NCBI RefSeq assembly: GCF_031769215.1
Contig: NW_026782496.1
Coordinates: 620,001 to 683,914, forward strand
Direction of reading: 5' to 3'
DNA length: 63,914 bases
From: Ylistrum balloti
Lineage: Eukaryota
Shown here piece by piece: positions 37,401-47,800 of this stretch; the first letter of the stretch is position 1, and each line of letters begins with the position of its first letter. Under the pieces are notes generated by a model. It saw nothing but the letters and a program-made list of their open reading frames with translations. It did no database searches and had not been told where the DNA came from. The translations under genes and the position numbers were made by a program.

Positions 37401-40187
37401 TAATTAATTAATAATATTATCAATTATTAGTGCTAAGATCAATATACCATTTCACATTCCTTCTTTGTTAGAAACTCTGTAAGCAGTCCGAGGGCATCTC
37501 CAGCACATTGTCCAAATATTGTTCCCAGAATTCTCTGCACTGTATCATTGTTGATATCTAATGTCTTCTTGCCAAATGTTTGTGACATTTTAGCATCATC
37601 TTCTTGTAATGCTGTTGTGACAACTGTCGCTGAAGCTAAAGCACCCTCTATTGTTAGAACATCACTACCATCTACTGGTGAAGCTGTAGCCCCATCTACT
37701 GGTGAAGCTGTACATGTAGAACCAACACCTGATGAAATTTTAGCACCATCTACTGGTAAAGGTTTAGTACCAACTGCTGATAATGTTTGAGCACCATCTA
37801 CAGGTAAACTTTTAGAACTATCTTCAAGTGTAATTGCAGCACAGTCTACATGTAATGTAGAACCATCATCTGTGGGTTGGTTTTCTATCTTTAAGTCTGG
37901 CACAGTAGGAGATTCCTGCTGAGAATCAGTCTGTAAAACATCAAACAAAGGTTTTCAACAAAAAGCATCACCAAGCCTTTTTGCAGACTTACATTTTGAC
38001 TGAAATGAGTAACCACTACATGTATGTTTTATTTTGGCCACCTTTTTCCCTAGGTTCACCCCATTACATATCCTTCTATACATGTAATTCTGAATACTTC
38101 TCTAAGAATAAAATGAAACAAGAGGCCCTTAGGGCCTGATTCGCTTACCTGGCAAAACTGATTCCTCTTCACCAAAAAAATGATTCAAACCGAATTTGGT
38201 CATAATCCTATCATTCTTTCAGAAGGAGTAGGATTTTAAATAATTTGCCCTATTTCTCCTCTGGCCCCAAAGGGCCAAGACTGAACGTTTATACCAGATT
38301 GATTAACCTTCATCCTCGCATGCTTCAGACCAAATTTCGACAATATCAATTCTTTCCTACAGGAGGAGAAGGAGTTTAAAGAATTAACTCCATTTCCCTA
38401 TTAGCTAGGCAGTGCTCTCCTGCCCAAGGGGGCAGAGACCAAACATTTATACAAACTTGATTTTCCAGTCCCCATGGATGCTTCGGACCAAATTTGATCA
38501 AAATCTGTTCAGTCATTCATGACTAGTAGTGATTTTTATCAAAAAGCTGTTGGATGCTGGATGACGGACACTGGACGGAAAACAAATGCTGTGTTGTGGC
38601 ATATTTAGCTCACTGTTCATTGGACCAGGTAAGCTATATATGTTGTAAACTTTCTATTTGTGGTTGCAATATTAACAAATTGAAAATTAGGAAATTTGAA
38701 TATTCAATTAGAGCTAGAGAGAGTATTCTTGAGAAACCTAACATAGAATGTTTAAGTTAGCTAGTTTAAGGATTAGCTCAATGGCTGTGTAGGAAAAAAA
38801 TAGACAAAATCAATAAAAATAAATCTTCATGTCTCTAATTCTGGAATGATTGAGGTGGTTAACATAGCAACCACAGCTGGAACAACAAATAAATTCAATA
38901 CATAATGACAATGGTAGCAGGGAAGTATCAATATTAATGATATGAAAAACAATGATTTGAGAATTTAATATGATAGATTTAGCAGCCAAAAGAGGCCAAA
39001 GCCATACACAATCCTAATTTTGTAGGATGTTTTACAATATGTGAAACCACTCTTAGAGCAAGAATATTGTTTAAACCTATTTACAGGAAGGGAGATAATT
39101 TCCATCAGTTATCACAAATGACACACATTAGCTAATCTGTTATTAGGATATCTATCATCACAGAAAGATAATCATTTGTTTTACATCAAGAAGAGATAAA
39201 TAATAGAAAAAGGCCAGACATCAATAAAAAAAAAAAAAAGGAAAATTTGGTTTCATTGATTTAACTATCTATAAAACACTGCACTCAAACCACCGGTGTT
39301 GATGGTTACAGTTGCCACAATGTAAAGATTGTGTCTAAGGATAAATCAAAATTATTAAATGTAAATTCAGGTACATGTATATATTGAAGATAATGAGATT
39401 AATACAAACCCTGTTCCTAGTCCTCTTAAAATTTGAAAAATGCCAAAATGCCTTGCACACTGGTAATTGATAGGAAATCCAGCCTTATTTTCAGGCCCAG
39501 TTTTTTTCATGTTTCCCTAAGGACACTAATAATTCTGGTGTCCATCACAATATAATTTTATGCCCTATTGGTTGTTTTCAAGGGAATATTGTTAAAGTTA
39601 ATATAATCTTTTAACACATATACAAAAATTAAGTGGGATCACATATGGAATTCTCGCCAATCTGGCCAGATAATTGATCCTTGCAAAACCGCTGGGGAAT
39701 GTTTCTGGGGGTGAGAGCTGTTTTGGTAATACGTTATCATTTGTATACATGTAGCGTTTAGGAACAACATCGCCTTGCATAGCTCCGGTGCATTTTTAAA
39801 CTTCTATATTACAAGTATATATGTAAAAATTGCTTCACGTCCCTGTGAGCAAATGTGCACAGGGGCGTGTCATTATACATTGTATTAGCTACAAGTGCTC
39901 TTGAGTTGTCGGTCAACCTATTCAATATCTCAAAATAGTGACGAGCCCCTGTGATTAGTGCTGATGATGTCAGATTTACAAAGAATTAAGCATGACCAAA
40001 GGCAACTGGCATGGTCTTTCATTGATTAGTACATAAGTGTATTGCCAGACAAGCCTGGTACACTGTACATCATTTAGACAGTGCACACCCATGTCTCTGT
40101 GATCGCACTTGTTACAAACACAGGAACCTGTGCCTGGATAAAACCCTGACACAAATTAACCTGTACCTGGGTATTAGATGTCGCCAT
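31446..40187 (-). CDS. ADP-ribosylglycohydrolase (DraG/Tri1/ARH-like), paralog B (488 aa)
   Basis: Exons 40187-40167, 37930-37448, 37133-36984, 36729-36586, 36361-36207, 34213-34060, 33292-33134, 32052-31922, 31515-31446 (1467 nt); intron positions identical to paralog A. Motifs: GQCAGDALGLLTEF, GDWTDDSDQM, APNGSVMRTS, THADPR, GGDADSNACVAGALMG. Confidence 0.92.
34676..35050. repeat. 31-bp minisatellite (ATCTGTTGTCCAACTATCCAGACACCACTAT), ~11 copies, intron 5 of ARH-B
   Basis: Directly visible, nearly identical units at 34770-35050. Confidence 0.95.
35070..36125. repeat. 52-bp minisatellite (CACAGCTGTCCCACATACCAGCTATCACTAATCTGTCCTCTCACTATCCAGT), ~20 copies, intron 5 of ARH-B
   Basis: Period checked: ATCACTAA recurs at 35881 and 35933. 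Confidence 0.95.
38117..38636 (+). mobile_element. Non-autonomous interspersed element with subterminal inverted repeats (oyster AACAAGAGGCCC...AGCTA type), intron 1 of ARH-B
   Basis: 5' AACAAGAGGCCCTTAGGGCCT palindrome, subTIR GCTTACCTGG / CCAGGTAAGC, two internal ATGCTTC[A/G]GACCAAATTT blocks, (GGAC)n remnant near the 3' end. Confidence 0.65.
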
Positions 40188-40251
40188 GGTCAATCTGATC
40201 GTTTCGCCTCTTCGTCTCTTCTAAACCGCTGGTTTTCATGTCTTGTATGCT

Positions 40252-40259
40252 TATTTATA
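40252..40259 (-). promoter_or_regulatory. Candidate TATA box of ARH-B
   Basis: TATAAATA on the minus strand, 65 nt upstream of the ATG; position only. Confidence 0.3.
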
Positions 40260-43079
40260 TTTAAAGACGGCGTACATATATATAGAATCTGCGTCACTGA
40301 CCTATAAATAACAGTGAGTAATTTTGAAGCATATTGCAAGGGAAATAACTCGTATAAAATTATTGCACGAAATATACAGTAAATTGCATCCTCTCACTAT
40401 TTCGTCCTTCTATTACTCGTCAGATCCAAAATAGTGAAATTCAGTTTTATTTCATAATATTCAACTACACTGTAATATGAGAATTTTTTAAACACAATTA
40501 ATTTAATTTGAACTGTATTTTCCCATGAGGATTTTATATTGAAGTCTGTTTTGAGAGAGAGATTTAGAAAACAATCTTTTTTCTTGTCGCTATACACAAA
40601 CCTTCCCTTTTTGATATCCTTTAAAGTAAGCTTTAAAGGGTTATTTTATACTAACGTTTAGTTTTTCATGATATATATAGATTGAATAAATCTTATATAA
40701 CTTTGCCATTTATCTATTGCGCTTTGAAACTTTGATTTTCTGGTTATCTTTTAACAAGTCTTGGCAATAGTTTATTGTTGTACATGTATTTGAAACCAGA
40801 AACATCGCATATCCGTTTTCTATCTTTTCTTTTTTCACAGTTCTTAATACGTCGTCATCTTGCTGACAATCGTTTCATCCCCAGACAATGATATGTAGTT
40901 CTTTATCTAACATGTCTAGTTTCCTCGTTCAAACATTTTTATTATATGTATTTCTCTAGTTACACCATATTTATATCGTTTACACGACAAATTGACATAA
41001 ATTTATACAACGATGTAGTAAAATATATACTTATGCTGTTATTACAACGTACATTGTATTCCTCACATCAATACTACCCGCCTGTTGCTTACACGAACCT
41101 CTTTAAAATTCATATTCAAACCTACTTTTATTATTTTTCAATTTTTCGTCTCCATTGGATATTGTCCGAAAACAGTTAAGATACTTTCTTAAGTTGTTTG
41201 TCAGATGTTTTCGCTACACGTATAACTGACTGTTCTTTATGCTATATCGAAGTGGGAAATTCTATGGAATATTTCAAATATTGATAAACGGCAGAAAAAA
41301 AATGTGGAAATTTGATAAAAAATACTTTGTGCCTGTCACTTCCTACTGGTCGTGTGATGATAATATCTATTGTATAATCTTTTATTTATCTATCTATTTT
41401 GTTTGATTTTTCCTGGTGAAATAAATGTGCATAACTACCCTGTTGTCAATGCAATAACAAAGAAAATGGCATAGAGTGAGAATATCGCCTGATTAGGTTT
41501 TGTATTAATTTTATACAATACTGTATTCCCGAATGTTTACCCAAGTATTCAAGTTATGGAGTGAAGGCAATTTTATACCAGTTTCCGGCTCCTATGAGAT
41601 TTCTGAAACTCGTCACCATTGTTATATTTTACACGAATCTCACATAATTTTCACACTCATTTCATGAGTCACATATGAATGGAAGTTCATGAAAGATTTA
41701 CAATCTGTCCTTGCTTGAAAGGTGTGTTCAGTAGCTAGAGGGAACTGGATCCATTTGTTAGAGTGACAACACCTATAACAGCAGTTACCTGTATTCTTGG
41801 GAAAAAACACATACACATATTTTTCCTATTGCTGTCTTATGATCAAAGAGTGGGTTAATTACATTTTCTTGTTAAGGCTGTGATTTAAAGGTTTGTGTAT
41901 TTCGAATTCTAACTACTTCCCACAATGAATAATTGATATGTCGTGATAATATACCAATATGTCGACCAACTTGTTCTACAACAAAGAAGACAAACAGATT
42001 ATTTTTGAATGTTTTATTATTTTTGATAATTACATGACGTCTGCAGCTGAGGTGTAGAAATCAGCAACATTTCAGTAGTAAATTCAATATAGACACAATA
42101 ACCGCCTAACATCTGGGTCCAATTTGTATTTAATTCGGTGTCAGCGTTCGCTTGTACCAGTTTTTGAGGATAGGATTTAAGTTACATCTAATCACACTGG
42201 ATTAGGTTCAGTTGCCTAAAAGTTGGTACATGCGTGCGCTGGTTGTCAAAAATGGTTTTTGAAGCCGGAGAAACTCCCATGTTTTAGTGTATATTGCTTC
42301 AGATAGCAACTTTGACGATCTGTAAAAAAAGACATATCTCACTTATCCAAGAATTTTTTTTCTGATAGTTGGTATTTTGCTAGAGTCCGTTGAGATTACC
42401 TATCCGAATTCATGTAAATGGAAGACTCATTTATCCATTTTCTTGTTGGGTACATTTAGATCGAATCTGGCGGTTACATGCCATACCCCTTAAAGCATTC
42501 ATTTTTTTTATTCTAATGACTACTTCCCACAGTGAATAATTGATACATCTGATAGTATACAGAAAAATCGATCAACATGTATTGCAAGAAAGGACGAAAA
42601 AAATATGTTTTCATCAACGGTGAAACACGTGCCTGACAAACATGTGTACCAATAATTTTAGATCTACGTGTCAAGTATTTTTTCATTTGATATAAGCATC
42701 CAACCGAACCATTCACAAATGCATCTGGAGCCATATTCGCTGATTGACTATTGTGATAACTGCAAGAGCATAAAACCACATAGCGATACTATTGTGATAC
42801 CCGGCCTCTTCCTACACCGGTATGAAACACAACGTAACAACATCTACAACACTGCATCTACAAACCACTATACTATAGAACATATAGGCTCGAGACGTGA
42901 TGGAGGTCTTCTTAGTTGGTTAATTCTCCCTCTTTTATACACCTTAGTCTATTCAGTGAACATGTTAATGAGGTTTCCCATAATATAAAACTTGACATTT
43001 TCGTTAATCTGTGGGTAACGACTACATCATGACGCAGGACAATTTCCTAGAACTCTTTGGCTCTGTCAAATTTCACTTG

Positions 43080-43480
43080 ATGTTCATTTTATTGGTTAAT
43101 GATGAACAATCTTCATTGCTTTATGACAAACAAATTTAATTGTTTTATATTGAAAAATTTTCATTATTTTTTCATGAACAGTTTTCATTTCTTTATGATG
43201 AACAATTTTAATTGTTTCAGGATGAAAAATTGTCATTGTCTTATATGAACGATTTTCAGTGTTTTATATGAGCAATTTTCATTGCTTTATAATGAACAAT
43301 TTTAATTGTTTTAGGATGAACAATTTTCTTTGTTTATGATGAACAATTTTAATTGTTTGATGAAAAATTGTCATTGTAGTGTTTTATATGAGCAATTTTC
43401 ATTGCTTTATAATGAACAATTTTAATTGTTTTAGGATGAACAATTTTCTTTGTTTATGATGAATAATTTTCATTGTTTTA
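43080..43480. repeat. Degenerate ~21-25-bp tandem repeat (ATGAACAATTTTCATTGTTTT) with an ~90-bp internal block duplication
   Basis: Block GTTTTATATGAGCAATTTTCATTGCTTTATAATGAACAATTTTAATTG...TGATGAA occurs at ~43261 and ~43381. Confidence 0.8.
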
Positions 43481-44444
43481 TGATGAAAAACACATAAATT
43501 GCCAACTGATCACCCCAGGAAGAAATCTTTGTTGAATAAGAAATAATATGCTTACACACACGAGCATCTCAATCCAGTAAATACATGTCGTGTCTTTAAA
43601 ATGCTTTATAAACTTATATATATATAGAAAACCAAAATCGGCTTTACTAGGAGACTGGCATTCAACATTTTCCAAAGTTTTAGAAAACTGGAGAACAATA
43701 TTTTCCCATTTCAATAACATTTTCAAACTTAAGCTTAAATCATGGCATAAAATTCTTCAGCTCACTTGTAATGTATTTGTCTAGGAGTAAACACTTTGTT
43801 TTGTGATCGATTTTACCTGTATTGGTTTAAGAGTACATGTGTATACTTTATTTTGTGATCGATTTTACTCTTCAGCTTATCGATGTACATAACTCATACA
43901 CCAACGTGCGAACGGGCTGATCTGGTGTGTATCTCAGCTTATGAAGACACCACGTGGACATGTAAGAAATTCTTATACCGTTGGATTTCTTCGTTCATGA
44001 AGTATCCGTCCATAGTACACAGAGGACAAACTAGACATGGAAATGTTACTAAAAATCGAACGAAAACTGGTTAATTAAATCCACACAGTCTCCAGCCTCC
44101 ATTTTGATAAAAAATGATAAATCGAAGATCTTCAATCATCCAGAAAACTCTGCTTACTATACATGGTACGAATGAGCCATCGTTAATCGTTTAGGAAAAC
44201 ATATGATGAAATTATATACGATAGATACAGATTATTTGTAGAGTTCCCAACTTTAAGACATCCACTACATTAAAGTTATATAATGATTACTGTTCCAATT
44301 GTTTACAAGTGTGAAAAGTTCTGTTTCTCACTATCTTCGAGGATGAAATAAAAGCGGTAAACAGACCGTCGGTCGTTTCATGGCTTTCCGCGAAAAAGAC
44401 ATACTTTTCACTTAAGCTTTTGATACAACCGCAGAAATTTGAAC

Positions 44445-44860
44445 TTCCGAACATCCTTGTCTATAACATATAATTAAAAAGTCAGTTAACACCAACTTCA
44501 GACATCATTGTCAACAACACATAATTAAAAGTCAGTTAACACCATCTTCAGACATCCTTGTTTATAACACATTATTGTGGTAAGTTCATATAACCTCCAG
44601 ACATCCTTGTCTATAACACATCAGTTAGGGTAAGCTCACATAACCTCCAGACATCCTTGTCTGTAAACACATTAGTTATGGTAAGGTCACATATCCTCCA
44701 GACATCCTTGTCTATAACACATCAGTTAGGGTAAGCTCACATAACCTCCAGACATCCTTGTCTATAATACATAAAATATAGAATGTTTACATAACCTCCA
44801 GACATCCTTGTCTATAACATATCAGTTATGGTAAGCTCACATAACCTCCAGACATCCTTT
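44445..44860. repeat. ~50-bp minisatellite (~8 units) overlapping the stop codon of the repeat-domain gene
   Basis: Unit ACATCCTTGTCTATAACACATCAGTTAGGGTAAGCTCACATAACCTCCAG; its minus strand reads KDVWRLCELTLTDVL*. Confidence 0.92.
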
Positions 44861-47800
44861 GTGGCACTCTGCATTACAACATGAACATTTGAACATTTCT
44901 GTAAATTTTCGCATTCAAAGTCACATTGTGTTGTTGTAGCATTATAACTTTGTGGCATCAATTTACAAAATACCATATCCGCTTCGATGTTGCATAGTTG
45001 ATTGTTGACAGGTGCGGAGGTTCCAACCTGAACATAAAAAAACATACATGCAACTTCATGTCTGTACTTATATGATATACTAAATCAGATTAAGTAACTA
45101 CTTGTGCGTGATAGACAACATGCCTGTTAACCATAAAAGCCTGATATATATCGTGTGTTGAAAATTTAAAGAGCTTGCAAAGAACCAAACAATTTCAACT
45201 AATTGTATTTGCGATCTGCCCAGGACAGGCGAGTCGTTCGAACTTCTGACGTTGGATTTCCCCCGATATGGAGTTTGGTTAAACAGCTTAAAAATACTTT
45301 ACGGAAAAGAATAAGGAAACGGTGTGGATTTCCCGTCTAGTATCACTCCAGCCAATCCACAATGGAGAGTTTACATTCAGCAATCATTTCTAAATTTTAA
45401 ATTTATTCACCCTGTTCAATTCAAGAATTCAAGAACCTGCCCAATGTTTCTTCGAGTAAGAAAAAATAATTTGATAGTCATTGCCGTAATTAACACTTAA
45501 GTATAATAATTCAGTCTCCTTTGATTAACTTTACCTTTCTGGAAGATCCCCTGTCATTTCATTCATGACTAGGATATTAAGATAAAAGAAACAATTACGG
45601 TTCTGAAACACCTTGTTGTGTTTACAGAGTTCATATGATGCGTAAATATATTAATATTTCGCGCCAAAGCACATGTACATTCTGTATGCACTTTGTATAA
45701 GAATATGTGAACTTACATGAACTGTTTTCTGTCCGACACGTGTACACTCTATGCCTTCACCAGTGACGTGAACGACAAATTTCTGTGACATTACATTGAA
45801 CAGGCTCAAGTCTTTAATCATCAGCCACAATATAGAGGGAGAATTCCCCGGCACGGGCAAATCAAAGCAAGTGTTCAAGTCCTGGTCCAGGGCATAAGGT
45901 ATCTGTCTTAACAATCTGTTGTCGTCATCTTTTATTACGGTGATATAGTGTTTCACTGAAAAGTATATAGTTAAGAATAAATGATTCATGAGTATTGAGA
46001 TTAAATATTTGAATAAAAGTTTCATTAGTATAATCGAAAATTAGAAATCGTGAAATTGTGGAATTAAGATATCTGTTATTACATGAAAGGTTTCCCGTAT
46101 TTTCATAGTCATTCCATAGCGTGATTGTATAAGTAATTTAAAAAAATACAAAGGAAACAGGTAAGGATTTTAATCTAACACCAAACGAGTTCTGTGATAT
46201 TTGGTTTTCAGTTTCGAGTGATATATCTCCCCGTGGATACGTTTTCTTGGATTGTTGTTGCTGTCAGCACATAGTTTTTGCGACTATCCGGAATGACGAA
46301 CAGAACAAAAATCGAAAATATCTATTTTTTACCAAGACACGTAAAAAAAAAAAAAAAAATACGAAATTTATATTTTGTCATGTCATGTATGTAAAATCAT
46401 GAAATATCTTTTTGCTAAGACATGTATATAAATTATGAATAACATTTGTTGCTAAGATATGTATACAGAAACGTGAAATGTGTTTTTTGCTAAAACATGC
46501 ATATAGAATCTTATATTAATATTTTACAAAAAAATTATATTTCGACATGTCGTGTATACAAAATCGTGAAATATATCTTTGTTAAGAATGTGAGATATTT
46601 ATGCAAAAATTACATAATGTGTTTGTAACAAGGTAAATGGAAATGTCTCTGCTGTCATTAAGCCTATTATAATTTACATGGCGTTTTGTAATATAAGATA
46701 TACTTACAAGGCAACCATTCCATTTCGATAGGACAAAGCGGAGTACATGGATTACTCGAAAAATGAAAGTAGGCAACAACCTTTGGATTTTCAAACTTGT
46801 GCCCTTTGATATTATTATCCACCTGCATCAAATAGATATGATATATATGGTAAGTAGTGACACTTAGTGGCACGACAAATACGCTGTTGTAGTACTGACA
46901 TATTTACTTTAACTACAGTGTATATCTTATCCAAGCAAGGTAAGTATTTGCGATGTTTATTCAATATTTACCAAGACAAGGTTTTATTTTACATGCTCAT
47001 GATGGTAAAATGTAAGAAAAAAATAATAATTCCCTGCCTTGTTAGTTTGTTGAATAATCTTAATTACGAAAGAATTCTCGAATGTCCAGTCCTCAGCTAA
47101 GCCTATAGTTGAACATCCATCCAGCAAAGTACACAAGAAAAGATTATATTAGTTAATTCCTGTCATAAGTCTTTGACTGTGTAATTGATGTAAAAGGAAG
47201 TTCAAAGATGATCCAGAACTCCATGTATAAAGCATGCAACACGTCATTGACAATGTAATGCATTATGGAGTAACAGTTGAATACTGCTTTACAGTTTGTA
47301 TTTGGGCTCAAATTTTCCTATTTAGGTCGCACTTGGTTCTGTGATTGATTCTTGAAATACTTTAGACAGATAAGATAATTTTATAATGTAAGTGTACATA
47401 CATATAATAACATGATACATAAACATTTCGTTTTTTTTTATATAAAATATCACAACATTAAACGGTTCTTAAAACAATTAAGGGAAACGTGACAGTTGAA
47501 CAGTTGAAATATCAATAGATTGCATGGCTCTTGGAATATTTTTGTAGTACATCCTTTTTAAAATGTCCCAGTAGTTATATATATATATATATTTGAAAGT
47601 GAGTTTCAAAATTGTAAAAGAATCCCCCCCCCCCCCAAAAAAAAAAAAAAAAAAAATTGAAATAATTAAATGTAAAGCTAAGACCTTGACAAGTTCAATG
47701 AAAATACAAATACTGACATTTGTTTGGTAAAAATATATTGATCGACGTGACAGAAAGTCATCGTTTTATGAAATCCTGTTTAACGTTGGAATGCCAACGA

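Noticed and set aside
23644-40187. ARH paralogs as selenoprotein J-like (Sec-containing) genes
   Set aside because: No in-frame TGA in either reconstructed CDS before the terminal stop, and no SECIS recognised.
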